A DNA stretch of 64,000 nt from Octopus vulgaris (taxonomy: Eukaryota). The notes under the pieces were generated by a model, which was not told the origin of the DNA, did no database searches, and worked only from the letters and a program-made list of their open reading frames with translations. The position numbers and the translations under genes were made by a program. Below are positions 37,815 through 50,904 of the stretch, one piece after another. How positions within the stretch are numbered: the stretch's first letter is position 1; every line of letters begins with the position of its first letter. The stretch lies in assembly GCA_951406725.2 (NCBI GenBank), contig OX597838.1:12834001-12898000 (forward strand), written 5' to 3'.

Positions 37815-39232
37815 CAAAAGTGCGTATAGAGTATATGCAGTAATGTAGAAATGTCTGGAAAGGGAACAGTGTATGAGTCAGATACATGCTTGCGTGTGTA
37901 TGGAGGGGAGAAAATCAGGTGTAGTGTTGGCGAATCTCAGGAAGCATGGAAGTTTTGAAGGATGCAGTGCTCCGATAACTAACAACTGATGCCGGCAGTT
38001 TGTTCCATGCTTCAGCAACTCTTAGCATGGAAAAATGTTTCCTTAAGTCATTGGCCGATGCCAGACCCCCTGGCACCTGTGCAGGTGGCACGTAAAAAGC
38101 ACCCACTACACTTGCGGAGTGGTTGGCGTTAGGAAGGGTATCCAGCTGTAGAAACTGCCAGATCAGACTGGAGCCTGGTGCAGCCCTGGCTTACCAGACT
38201 TCGGTCGAACCGTCCAACCCGTGCTAGCGCGGAAAACGGATGTTAAACGATTATGATGGGAGATTGTGCTGTTTTCTGACTTTGTAAACATGTCCACGGG
38301 TGTTAGATGGGTGGAGTTTGAAAAGGTGCTCAGAGTTATTGTTTGTAAGATGGTTAATAATTTTATGGGTGTCTGCCAGGTCAGCTGCCAGACGTCGGAG
38401 TTTCAATGTATCCATGCCCAGGGAAGTAAGGCGTTCAGAATATGGTAGATACCTGATGGAGGGTATTCTCTTGGTTGCACGTCACTGAACGGCTTCCAGA
38501 TGATTAATATCCTGGGCAAGATAGGGGTTCCAGGTGAGGTCACACCATAGCTATATAAAGCCTCAGATAGATAGCCAGAGAGTGGCTCACAAAGGACTTG
38601 GTAAGTGATACCAAGACACCCTCAGCCTTCTTGGCAATTTTAGCAATGTGTTTTGTCCAATGCAAATCGTTGTCGACAATAATGCCCAGATCACGTTCAC
38701 AAGAAGACTTTTTGAGATTAGTGTTGTGGAGGGAGTAAGTAGACGCTGGGTTTTTCCTCCCAAAATGCATGGCGGTACATTTGTCCACTGCCAGAGTTGC
38801 CAGTTCATGATCCACTGCTGCATTGTGTCCAGGTCTGATTGTAATAAAGATCTATAGTGTACAGGATCTGTCCTCTTTATTTCGAGGTACAGCTTGATGT
38901 CATCTGCATATTTCAACACTGTGGCATTCTTTAAGTTGGCATCTATGTCATTAACATATGCAACAAATAAAAGGGGGCCAAGAACAGATCCCTGTGGTAC
39001 ACCAGATGTCATCTCATAGGGTGAAGAGTGCTGTCCTAGAAGTGTGACAACCTCTTTTGGGCCGATAATGAAGGACTTCAACCAGTTATAGAGATCATCT
39101 CTTACACCCATTGCAGAGAGTTTCACCATAGGTCTTTTGTGTGGCACAGAATTAAAAGCCTTAGCAAAGTCCAGGTAAACAACATCCACCCAGGATCCGC
39201 AATCAGTGATTTGGGTAATGTCCTCAAGAAAC
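37815..39232 (-). mobile_element. 5'-truncated CR1/L2-group LINE with frameshifted reverse transcriptase; nested RTE end at about 38050-38257
   Basis: DVVYLDFAKAFNSVPH, SGVPQGSVLGPLLF, KYADDIKLY, ERDLGIIVD..L.W..HI motifs. Confidence 0.9.
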
Positions 39233-39448
39233 TTGATAGCAATTACCTCATGAGTGGTTGGTTCGGTGACTTCTATTTCTCAAAGTGAGAAAATGTACCA
39301 CAATGGTGGATCATGACAATGTTTTGGGGGGAGTATGAAACATCAGAATGTGACATAAGTAAGTAACAAGTGAATAAAACCTGCAATAAAGTATTAACCA
39401 ACACTTCAAAAAAGGGTTTCAATTAAAACTATATATATATATATATAT

Positions 39449-39832
39449 AGGCGCAGGAGTGGCTGTGTGGTAAGTAGCTTGCTAACCAACCACATGGTTC
39501 CGGGTTCAGTCCCACTGCGTGGAATCTTGAGCAAGTGTCTTCTGCTATAGCCCCGGGCCGACCAATGCCTTGTGAGTGGATTTGGTAGACGGAAACTGAA
39601 GGAAGCCTGTATATATATGTGTGTGTGTTTATATGTTTGTGTCTGTGTTTGTCCCCCTAGCGTTACTTGACAACCGATGCTGGTGTGTTTACGTCCCGTC
39701 ACTTAGCGGTTCGGCAAAAGATACCGATAGAATAAGTACTGGGCTTACAAAGAATAAGTCCCGGGGTCGAGTTGCTCGACTAAAGGCGGTGCTCCAGCAT
39801 GGCCGCAGTCAAATGACTGAAACAAGTAAAAG
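39449..39832 (+). mobile_element. SINE family A, full-length copy
   Basis: ggcgcaggagtggctgtgtggtaag (A box)...gggttcagtccc (B box)...tgactgaaacaagtaaaag. Confidence 0.85.
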
Positions 39833-40274
39833 AATATATAGTAATGTCCTCAAGAAACTCCGATGGCAATTACTTCATGAGTGGTTGATTCAGTGACTTC
39901 CTCGATGCGTCGAGGTTCCGTAAGAGCTGCGGGTAAATTGCTGAGCAAGGCACTCCGATACGACCCCTCATTTCGAGGTTTTGCACAGACGATGGCACTG
40001 ATTACTGTAGACCATTTTCTCACTTTGAGTAAAATAGAAGTAAAAACATTTTTCATGTCATACTGTAGTGTCTAAACAAGAGGGTGGTGGGGCCAGAATA
40101 AAATAGCTTGGATTATGTAGTTCAAGATATATTGGGTTTGGAAAGAAAGACAGGAGGGTCATGGCGGGAATGCTTATGATCACAGGCCTGTCAGCTTGAT
40201 CGGAGCTGATCTGGAGTTAATAACCAGTAATTAAATAAATATCCATATTTCAATTTATCTATAATTGTATTGTG

Positions 40275-40640
40275 GTGGAAGCACTCCGTTGGTTACGACG
40301 ACGAGGGTTCCGGTTGATCCGAATCAACGGAACAGCCTGCTCGTGAAATTAACGTGTAAGTGGCTGAGCACTCCACAGACATGTGTAACCTTAACGTAGT
40401 TCTCGGGGATATTCAGCGTGACACAGAGAGTGACAAGGCCGGCCCTTTGAAGTACAGGTACAACAGAAACAGGAAGTAAGAGAAAGTTGTGGTGAAAGAG
40501 TACAGCAGGGATCACCACCATCCCCTGCCGGAGCCTCGTGGAGCTTTAGGTGTTTTCGCTCAATAAATACTCACAACGCCCGGTCTGGAAATCGAAACCG
40601 CGAGTCCACTGCCCTAACCACTGGGCCATTGCGCCTCCAC
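40275..40640 (-). mobile_element. SINE with a family C head and an alternative 3' half
   Basis: 40495-40640 matches the family C 5' half; 40275-40490 is unrelated to the 3' half of the 5670 and 22640 copies. Confidence 0.7.
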
Positions 40641-40873
40641 TATAATTGTATTATTTATTAGATCAAGAAACTGCATAAAGCATGCCTATCTTACTCCGAG
40701 CTTTCCCCTAATTTTTAACAAACTTGAATAAACTAATATACTCCACTGTGTGTGTGCATGTGTACACACACACACATTTAGGTTTACGTATCGTGTTTGT
40801 AACCACCCTCTACTTCTTGACAACCATAATCGGTTTGTAATTTGGCGGTTCGCAAAAGATACAGATAGAATAA

Positions 40874-41020
40874 GTGTGGTAAGTAGCTTATTTACCAACC
40901 ACATGGTTCCGGGTTCAGTCCCACTGTGTGGCATCTTGGGCAAGTGTCTTCTACTATAGCCTCGGGCCGACCAAAGCCTTGTGAGTGGATTTGGTAGACG
41001 GAAACTGAAAGAAGCCCGTC

Positions 41021-41054
<34 letters not shown>

Positions 41055-41266
41055 GTTTGTGTGTCTGTGTTTGTCCCCCGAGCATTGCTTGACAACCGAT
41101 GCTGGTGTGTTTATGTCCCCGTCACTTAGCGGTTCGGCAAAAGAGACTGATAGAATAAGTACTGGGCTTACAAAAGAATAAGTCCCGGGGTCGAGTTGCT
41201 CGATTAAAGGCGGTGCTCCAGCATGGCCGCAGTCAAATGACTGAAACAAGTAATAGAGTAAAGAGA
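40874..41266 (+). mobile_element. SINE family A copy
   Basis: Family consensus. Confidence 0.8.
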
Positions 41267-41533
41267 ATAAGTACTGGGAGCGATTTGTTCAACTGAAACG
41301 GTTCAAGGTGGGGGTCCCAGCACAGTTGCAGTCCAATGACTAAAGTAAAATATAAAATACATTATGGGCTTACAACATTCAAGATGCATTTTTAGGGTTA
41401 GACCTGTGCTTTGCAAACACATATTTTTTTTTAGTTATTACTCCCTTTAATTTATTAAAACATTTTAGGCGGACCCCCATCCGTCCCTGCTATCTTGCTA
41501 CGGTTTAATAAAATTAAATACAGGACACAAAAG

Positions 41534-41946
41534 GGATCTTTTCAGTTTGAACAGCAGTTTTTTCTAGCGGTGTCATATGAAATTGTCACCCATAATTATG
41601 ACCCTAGAATTGATCTATTGCATTTCAATCTGTTTTAGGGTTCGGGTTAGGGGTAGGGGAAGGGTATCTTTCTTTCTTCACAAATATAAATAAACCCAAT
41701 CTGTTTCTTAAACGAGGGACATATTCATATGGCACAGAATGTTTGTTTTTTTTACCTCAATGGACGTCATTGATTGGTTGAAATTGCAGAAAAAGAACAA
41801 CAAATATCTTACAAACTATAGAATTTTCTCAATAAAGCCAAGAGAAAAAGATGTTTTATAAACACATTCTACCAGTATACGAAGTTTAAAATTTTTTAGT
41901 TACGTGGAAATTATGTTAAAAACTGCCGGTCAAACCGAAAAGATCC
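41534..41946. mobile_element. MITE with GGATCTTTTC termini and an 8-bp TSD (Merlin-like by termini and TSD; superfamily uncertain)
   Basis: cacaaaag|ggatcttttc...gaaaagatcc|cacaaaag. Confidence 0.85.
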
Positions 41947-42337
41947 CACAAAAGAACTTGTTGAAAGAGGTTTATCTCTTCTAAAAGACTTGCGTATATT
42001 ATTAATATGGAATATCAATACATTTTGACTAAATGATTAACTCCTAGAATAAAAATGTATAGCATTTTTCAAAATTAGAGCGGTTAAAACAAGCATCTCT
42101 CGTACCGCCCCCTTTTGTCTTCCGTACCGATACAAAATGTTTCCGTTGCCACTCCACCCATGGTTGGTACCGCCCGCACTGGTTTAGACTAAAACACTTG
42201 AGATCTACCGTTTCTCTAAACATTGCACACTTTGAAAAAGCATTGGTTTAGAAACAGAACCTCAAGGTCTACTCCTTCTCGGAAAATACTTTTTGGCAGT
42301 CTCACAGCGACCACAGTTCCGCCAGTCGTCACCAAGC

Positions 42338-42559
42338 ATGGCTTCCGTGATGTTCAGTGCTCCGAGTTCTGGCTCCCAGTTTCACTTAGTCGTTTATGTA
42401 CTGCTGTATCTTCTTTCTCCGACATTATCTCTAAGAGTCCAAGACTCGGAGACCCGCCAGGTACGATGTCTCTCCGGTATGTGGAACTTCAGAGCAGATT
42501 ATTCTGCAAACAGAACGGAAGGTTTCAAGTCGAAATGGTACTCGAAGCCCTTATGGCAG
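42338..42559 (+). CDS. GUSB: Beta-glucuronidase (GH2), exon 1 with signal peptide
   Basis: MASVMF...HLVVYVLLYLLSPTLSLRVQDSETRQVRCLSGMWNFRAD...KWYSKPLWQ|gtaagt. Confidence 0.9.
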
Positions 42560-44770
42560 GTAAGTTGATTGACAACAGTTGTGGTAAATTATAGCATTGC
42601 AAGCAAATATTAAATTTTTGTTGATAAATTCTTTCTTCTTTTCCTCATTGGTATAACTAATAATTTTACCCCAAGTAAAGTTGTCGAATATAATAATAAT
42701 AATAATAGCTCTTTCTAGCACAAGTCCTGAAACTTTGTTGGGTGGAGCAAGTCGGTTACATCAACTTCAGTACTCGACTGGTTCTTATTTTATGTACCCC
42801 TAAAGGTAATAATAAGGATAATACTGTTAATAAGAGGCTTATCGTATACAGTACAAGGTGCGGTACAAGAATAATATCCTCCGCTACGATGCGGATATAA
42901 GACCACATACAAAACAACCTGCTACATTCACTCACTTTATAAATGAATTATCGTTTTACTGAAGCGATTACCAAGATTAAATAAACTGATTTAATTTCCA
43001 TTCTGTAGAATGTTTTGTAAACATAAAACAACACACGCCTTATGATATTTGTTGATATTTTGGGATTCCACGTATCTAATGTAAATACAACTCTATGAAA
43101 CAATGTGAGAGATTAATTAATGACAGAGATTAATTAAACTTTACTGTTTCTCAGTATATTTTATAAACAATAAAGTCCTTCCTGTTTTGTACTATAAGTC
43201 GTTGTTTATGTACAAATCCGACAAGTTTATTATAATCTCGCGTGGATTAAGGTTTTTTTTTTAATTAATGAGCGACAAAATATTCATAAATATCAATTAG
43301 TGATGATTTGCTCTGGGGCAGTGGCGAGCACGTTGCTATACTACTGCCTATATAATAATAATAATAATAATAATAATGATAATAATTAATTCTTTTATTG
43401 GCCACAAGGGCTGACAAAAATTAATTATAACATAAAGGGACAAAACACAGGACGAAAGTTAAAAAGGGTTTTGTCTGTTTGTAAAAATCCGTGTAAAAAC
43501 AGTGTAACAATGAAAAACTCCCAATAGGGGGAGGTGCTTCGAAAGGTTCCTGGTGGAAAAACCCATAAAAGCCACGGGACCCCGGTCAAAAGATAATAAT
43601 AATAATAATCCTTTCTACTATAAGCACAAGGCCTGGAATTTTGAGGGGGGGTACTGGTCGATTACATCGATCCCAGTGTTACACTGGTGCTTATTTTATC
43701 GATCTCGAAAGGGTGAAAGGCTAAGTCGATCGACCTTGGCGTAATTTGAACGTAAAAACAGACGAAATAATAACAGCAACAGTGATCCTTTCTGCTTTAA
43801 GCACAAGACCTGAGATTCATGGGGAAAGGAGTGATCGGTTATATCGATCCGAGTACTTGACTAGTATTGATTTTATTGACCCTGAAAAGATGAAAGGCGA
43901 AATCAACTTCGGCGGAATTTGAACGCAGAACTTAAAAGCCGGACGAAATGCTGCCGCATTCCTTTGATAGCCGTACATGAAGAGTAAAAGTATAATATTT
44001 CTTCAACAATTTTTAGACAAAATTATTGAAAATTTTTAATTAAAAAAATTTTTCAGCTGAATCGCTTACGTTTATATATTTTGTGGGCATAGTTTCTTGT
44101 GGGCATGCATTTTGCGTTTATATGTGTATATATACGTATATTTGTGTATGTAGGTACTGTATATGCATGTGTACTTGTGTATTCACGAATATACATGTAT
44201 ATAGACATACATACACACTCAAAATACGAATGAACTGAAAAAAAAAATTAAAGAAATAAATAAACATGGGGCAGACTTTTTAAAGTTAAAAAAAAATTAA
44301 CTGCGGTGCCCCAGCATGGCCACATCTTTGAGCTGAAATTGATAAAACAAAACAATACATACACAAACATATATATATATACTGACATACAAAAATATAA
44401 ATACATACATAATACAAGTTCAGGTTTATAAATAATAATAATAATAATAATAAACATTGTGTACAGTGCTCAGGTGCACTACAACTCATCTAAAGTGTAT
44501 ATATAATCAGGTGTAGTTTCGACGGATTTCGGGAAGCATGAGGGCCTTAAAGGATGCAGTGTCATGGCAGTCAACAACTGATGCAGGCAGTTTATTCCAC
44601 GCTTCAGCAACCCTGAGCGTGAAACCTGTAATTATTGGGACACTGGGATATGTAACCAGAAAAAAGAAAGTTGATCCTGGTCTGGGAATCGAAACCGCGA
44701 TCCTATGACTCCGCTGCCCTAACCACTGGGCCATTGCACTTCCACTATATGTATATAACTATCTCTCTCA

Positions 44771-44861
<91 letters not shown>

Positions 44862-45132
44862 GTGTGTGGTGGTGCAAGGCTTATTGGATAGGATGTTGGA
44901 CTCATGATTGTAAGATTGTGGTTTTGATTCTTGGACCAGGCGATGTGTTGTGTTCCTGAGCAAAGCACTTCATTTCATATTGCTCCACTCCACTCAGCTG
45001 GTTAAGATGAGTAACCCTGTGATGGACAAGTGTCCCGTCCAGGGAGGAATATATGTGCCAGAGAAACTGGGAAAACTGGACTTATTCTCCTTACAGATTA
45101 ATGTGCACTAAGCATATATAAATATATGTGTG

Positions 45133-45351
45133 GGATCTTTTCCTTTTGAACGGCAGTTTGTAACAATTTCTAGGTAACTAAAAAATTTTAAACTTTGTAT
45201 ACTGGTAGAATGTGTTTATAAAACATCATTTTCTCTTGGCTTTATTGAGAAAATGATGTTTTATAAACACATTCTACCAGTATACGAAGTTTAAAATTTT
45301 TTAGTTACCTAGAAATTATGTTACAAACTGCCATTCAAAAGGAAAAGATCC
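45133..45351. mobile_element. Fully palindromic derivative of the GGATC MITE family
   Basis: Two ~100-bp near-perfect inverted arms around ttggctttatt. Confidence 0.85.
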
Positions 45352-45456
45352 ATATCATCATCATCATCATCATCATCGTTTAGCGTCCGTGATGATGATG
45401 ATGATATGGATATGTGTGTGCATATACATGTCTGTGTGTGTGTGTGTGTATATATA

Positions 45457-45514
<58 letters not shown>

Positions 45515-45642
45515 ATTATATAGAGGGCATTATTACACATAAATGCCTCACACTAAGAGGGACATAAGTCATTACTACCAAAATTTCACTAATCATACCC
45601 AATGCAGTTTTTCAAAGCAAGACATTTAAAAAATGAATTTAG

Positions 45643-45709
<67 letters not shown>

Positions 45710-45996
45710 AAGTTTTTATAAAAAGATTTTTTAAGGTTTCTTCAAATATATAATTGTAAAAAATGGAAACAATTTATAATAAAAGGGTGAATGACTGATA
45801 AGTTGTTGGTTTATAAAAAGACCAGCTACTTCTGTCTGTTTTTGTCAACGTTAAAAACATGGTTGCTTTGCTGGGGAGGGTTGGGGGAGGTATATTCAGA
45901 CTTACTCAGTGGTTCTCCGATGTAATCAAGACCATTGCTTTGGTAGATGTGTCGAAACGACCTGACCCCCCCTCACCCATAATCTCCTGAGTAATA

Positions 45997-46412
45997 CTCT
46001 TTACTCTTTTTACTCTTTTACTTGTTTCAGTCATTTGACTGCGGCCAAGCTGGTGCACCGCCTTTAGTCGAGCAAATCGACCCCCAAGACTTATTCTTTG
46101 TAAGCCCAGTACTTATTCTATCGGTCTCTTTTGCCGAACCGCTAAGTGACGGGGACGTAAACACACCAGCATCGGTTGTCAAGCAATGCTAGGGGGACAA
46201 ACACAGACACACAAACACACACATACATATATATATATGTACACATATACGACAGGCTTCTTTCAGTTTCCGTCTACCAAATCCACTCACAAGGCATTGG
46301 TCGGCCCGAGGCTATAGCAGAAGACACTTGCCCAAGGTGCCACGCACTGAGACTGAACTCGGAACCATGTGGTTGGTAAGCAAGCTACTTACCACACAGC
46401 CACTCCTGCGCC
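45997..46412 (-). mobile_element. SINE family A, full-length copy
   Basis: Family consensus, ending at ...cactcctgcgcc. Confidence 0.85.
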
Positions 46413-46789
46413 TGGTTCTTTTTTTTTTTCTTTATCCCGAGGGGAAATGTGGAATAACTAACATTTGTCAAATCTAGTGTTTGACTCTGCTTACAGTTGA
46501 GGAATCTGCCACTCTGATACTTTACACCATTTTAAATTTGAGTAAATTATGCTGTCTGCTACATGGTGCTTTCAGTCAGCTAGAAACAACAGTTTACTCC
46601 CTCTCTTAAATTGCATCCTATTGTTTACGTGGGATATTAATTAATCCACTTTCTCTCAAAATCATTGGCCTCGTTCCTAAATAAACGATTATTAAACGCA
46701 GAAAATTCTTTTCTTTTCAGTCCTCCACAGATTTACATGATAATAATTTTTTCTTATTTCTCTTAAATTTCTCTTAATTCCCATTTCAG

Positions 46790-46966
46790 AATGGAGATGT
46801 GATAACCATGCCAGTTCCAGCGAGTTACAATGACATCACACAGGAACGAAGACTCAGAGACTTTGTTGGTTGGGTGTGGTACGACCGAGAGTTCTTTGTT
46901 GACCCACAATGGAAACTAAAGACTGTCCATCTTCGCTTTGATAGTGTTCACTACAACGCAATAGTA
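46790..46966 (+). CDS. GUSB: GUSB exon 2
   Basis: tttcag|NGDVITMPVPASYNDITQ..LRDFVGWVWYDREF...LRFDSVHYNAIV|gtaaga. Confidence 0.95.
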
Positions 46967-47082
46967 GTAAGAACTAATTTCTTAAATTCACTCTCAGAGA
47001 TTTACTTTTTTTAAGAATTTATTTATTCATTTAAACAATTTTATTGTCTTTCTTTGTGAAAAGAGCTTATTGATAACTCTTT

Positions 47083-47291
47083 CATCATCATCATCATCAT
47101 CGACATCATCATCATCATCATCATCATCATCGTCGTCATCATCATCATCATCATCAGCATCATCATCGTCATTATCATCATCGTCATCATCGTCATCATC
47201 ATCATTGTCATCATCATCGTCATTATCATCATCATCATCGTCATCATCATCGTCATCATCGTCATCATCATCATCATTATCGTTATCATCA
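47083..47291. repeat. (CAT)n/(CGT) trinucleotide tract, an expanded RTE tail
   Basis: Runs into tttaacatctgctttccatgctggcatg, the RTE 3' end. Confidence 0.9.
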
Positions 47292-48819
47292 TTTAACATC
47301 TGCTTTCCATGCTGGCATGACGGAACTGGCAAGGCCAGGGACCACACCGGTTTCCGTAGTCTGTTTTGATTTCTATGGCTGGATGCCCTTCCTAATGTCA
47401 AATTATTAAAAATTTTGAAAAAACATTAAAAATTTTTTTTAAATGTTTCTGTGTTGTTATGCAGAAAGAAGTTTGCTTCCCAACCATATGATTCCAGGTT
47501 CAGTCCCACTGCATGGCATTTTGGGCAAGTGTCTTCTACTATAGCCTCAAGTTGACCAAAGTCTTGTGAGTGGATTTGGTTGAGAGAAACTGAAAAAAGC
47601 CTGTTGTATGTTTGTGTCTGTCCTCCACTGTCATTTAACAACTAGTATTAGTGTGTTTGCATCCCCATAACTTAGCAGTTTGGCAAAAGAGACCAATAGA
47701 ATAAATACCAATCTTAAAATAGTACTGGGATCGATTCGTTCGACTAGGAAAATTCTCCAAGGTGGTGCCCCAGTATGGCCACAGTTTAATAACTGAAGCA
47801 AGTAAAAGAAAGAAAAGAGATTATTTTATGCACAGCACAACACGGACTCAGAAATATTGAAATCAATTTAAATATTTAAGTCCTTTATCTGTGATACGGG
47901 GCAATATAAGAATATAAACACATTCTTTCTATGATGTACAGAAAGAGGAGGCGAGTCTCCTGATAGACCTTTTCATGATCTGTTGATTGCTTCTTAGATT
48001 GGGTTCATCTTCTCTGAGGAGTGATCAACGAATTATGAAATAGTCCATCAGGAGACTCCTCTCCATTATTTTTCTACACATCAAATATATAAAAGGAATA
48101 CACATATATTCTTTATATAGTTCTTTATTATAGCTAAAGGCTGTGAAGTTGACAACCGGAAAAGTATTTGATCTAACTAGAAAAAAAATTAACCCTAATA
48201 AATTTCTTCTGACCCATTCCAGCAAGAGAAAAATGGATGTTAAAATAATGGTGCTGATGGCTTTTTGTTTTAACTATTGATATGTTTATGAAATAAGAAC
48301 ATCTTCAGTGGCAGGGTGTATATTATGTGAAATGAAAGTTCTTTCAGCAAATTAATTTATACAAAGACCTGAAGTGTCAATATTTTACAGTTTTGCTGGA
48401 ATAATACTGATCTGATGTATTATTTCACTGTCTGTCTGGCTAGTTGTAGCCATGTAGGCCCCTGGTAGCAGGTGAGATCATCTCACCATCTTTGGTTGGC
48501 CTCCTGAGCTTGTCCATTGTCTTGGTGTCCATTCTGTCACCCTGATTGTCCATCTGTCATCCTTCAGTTGACAATATGGCCAGCCCATCTGTATTTGTTC
48601 TTGTTTGTTCTTATGATGCTGTTGGCTCTTGTGTGCTGTCAAATCCAGGCATTGGTTTTCTTGTCTTGCAATGTGATACCAAGCATGATTCACTTCATTT
48701 TCTGTTGGGCTACAATCAGGGCATTCATGATGGTAGTGTTGAGAGCCCATATTTCACTGCGGTAAATCACTGGCAGGATGTATTCATTGAAAACGTTTCC
48801 CAGTATCATATGATAAATC

Positions 48820-49335
48820 GGATCTTTTCTTTTAGATAGACAGAATTCAACCCAATTTCTAGTTAACTAAACAATTTGAAACTTTGTATACTGGTAGAAT
48901 GTGTCAAAAGAAAACATTATTTTCACTTGGCTTTTTTGATAAATTTGTAATTTGTACGTTTAATGTAGTTTAATTCTTTAAATTTTAACCAATGAATCGC
49001 CAGTATTTGAGCTGAAATCATTTGCTGCGTCTAAAAACTCAGACAACATCTTGTTACTGTTAACGTAAACAGCGCACACACACACACACACGTGTTATTC
49101 ATCCTTCTCTCTTCTGTAATGTTTGTTTTTGTTTTTTGTCACATTCGTTCCCTTCTCTCACTCAGTCTGTCTCTCTATTATCTCTCTCTCTCTCTCCCTG
49201 TATGTCTTTCTTATTCCATCTCTCTATTGTTTTTACTAAATGTTTTCCTCTCTCTCTCTTGCTCACACACTTGTCATCACTCACTTTCTCTCTCTTTCTT
49301 TTAGAAATTGGGTTGAATTCTAAAGGAAAAGATCC
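48820..49335. mobile_element. GGATC-ended MITE with an 8-bp TSD
   Basis: gataaatc|ggatcttttc...gaaaagatcc|gataaatc. Confidence 0.85.
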
Positions 49336-49363
49336 GATAAATCTAATTGTTATTTATTTGCAG

Positions 49364-49539
49364 TGGGTAAATTCTGAGTTTGCTTTCAACCACAGTGGTG
49401 GCCATTTACCATTTGAGGGTGATGTCACCCACTTGCTGAAGTATGACAGAGCTGACCGAGTGACAGTAGCGGTCAACAACACCCTCTCACCAACAACACT
49501 ACCACCAGGGACAATCACATATAAAACTGATAGAGAAAG
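49364..49539 (+). CDS. GUSB: GUSB exon 3
   Basis: ttgcag|WVNSEFAFNHSGGHLPFEGDVT...VTVAVNNTLSPTTLPPG..|gtttga, phase 0/2. Confidence 0.93.
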
Positions 49540-49830
49540 GTTTGAAGAATTTTACTTGTTTTTTTATTTAACTCTCTCTCACCAACCTCATACACTTGCA
49601 AACTTACCTGATCCTCTGCCCCTTTCTGTGCCCTTCCCCTTTCTGTGCCCTGCCCCTTTTAATGCCCTGCCCAAAAGAATTGACAAGATAGCTTACTTGC
49701 TGTCCCCCCAAAAAGGGAGTTCCAGGAATGCTTCCATCAAGGGAAACAGCATTGGATAAACTGTGTGGCTTCAGAAGGGAACTAATTTGAAGTAGACTAA
49801 ATGATGAATTGATATGAAGAAACTACTTCT

Positions 49831-49879
<49 letters not shown>

Positions 49880-49886
<7 letters not shown>

Positions 49887-50285
49887 TCTTTACTCTTTCT
49901 CTTTACTCTTTTACTTGTTTCATTCATATGACTGCGGTCATGCTGGAGCACCGCCTTTAATCGAGCAACTCGACCCCGGGACTTATTCATTTTGTAAGCC
50001 CAGTACTTATTCTATCGGTTTCTTTGGCCGAACCGCTAAGTGACGGGGACGTAAACACACCAGCATCGGTTGTCAAGCAATGCTAGGGGGACAAACACAG
50101 ACACACATACATATATATATACGAGGGGCTTCTTTCAGTTTCCATCTACCAAATCCACTCACAAGGCATTGGTCGGCCCGGGGCTATAGTAGAAGACACT
50201 TGCTCAAGATGCCACGCAGTGGGACTGAACCCGGAACCATGTGGTTGGTTAGCAAGCTACTTACCACACAGCCACTCCTACGCCT
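49880..50285 (-). mobile_element. SINE family A, full-length copy
   Basis: Family consensus; the head lies about 25 nt from the exon 4 acceptor. Confidence 0.85.
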
Positions 50286-50310
50286 ATATACATTTCTTTT
50301 AAAATTTCAG

Positions 50311-50453
50311 ATATCCTAAGGGTTACTTTGTCCAGAACTTACAGATGGACTTCTTCAATTATGCTGGTATCCACCGTAATGTTTGGCTCTATGCCACTCC
50401 CCAGACTTACATAAAGAATATTTACATTAATACCAGCATCCAAAAATCCTCAG
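50311..50453 (+). CDS. GUSB: GUSB exon 4
   Basis: tttcag|[30 protein letters not shown]...|gtaagt, phase 2/1. Confidence 0.95.
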
Positions 50454-50572
50454 GTAAGTGTATGAGTTTCTTTATATCATCATCATCATTGTCATCACCA
50501 TCACCACTACCAACATCACCACTATCATCGTTACCATTGTTGATTTGATGTCTACTTTTTCTCTTTCATCAG

Positions 50573-50766
50573 GAATTGTAACCTATAAAGTCATTCCGAA
50601 CCATTACGCTAAAGGTCAACGTTATAAAGTGAAGGTTATCGATAAACACGGTGACCTTGTTGCTTATTCAAACCAATCCACCGGTATCCTGAATATTTCA
50701 AATGCCAACCTTTGGTGGCCGTATACAATGAACACATCATCTCCAGCCTACCTTTATACCATGGAG
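50573..50766 (+). CDS. GUSB: GUSB exon 5
   Basis: catcag|GIVTYKV...NANLWWPYTMNTSSPAYLYTME|gtatgt, phase 1/0. Confidence 0.93.
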
Positions 50767-50904
50767 GTATGTTATGTTTTTTTTGCACAGGTGTAGTCAT
50801 ACATATCATCCTCATTTAACATGCACTTTCCATGCTGGCATAGGTTCAATGGTTTGACAGGGAACCAATGAGCTGCAGGGCTGCATTGGGCTCCAATGTC
50901 ATCT

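Noticed and set aside
39449-39525. Possible tRNA genes at SINE heads (also 5670 and 59159)
   Set aside because: A and B boxes are present, but there is no complete cloverleaf and they run into SINE bodies.
41636-41652. Telomeric TTAGGG repeat
   Set aside because: Only about three imperfect units, internal to a MITE.
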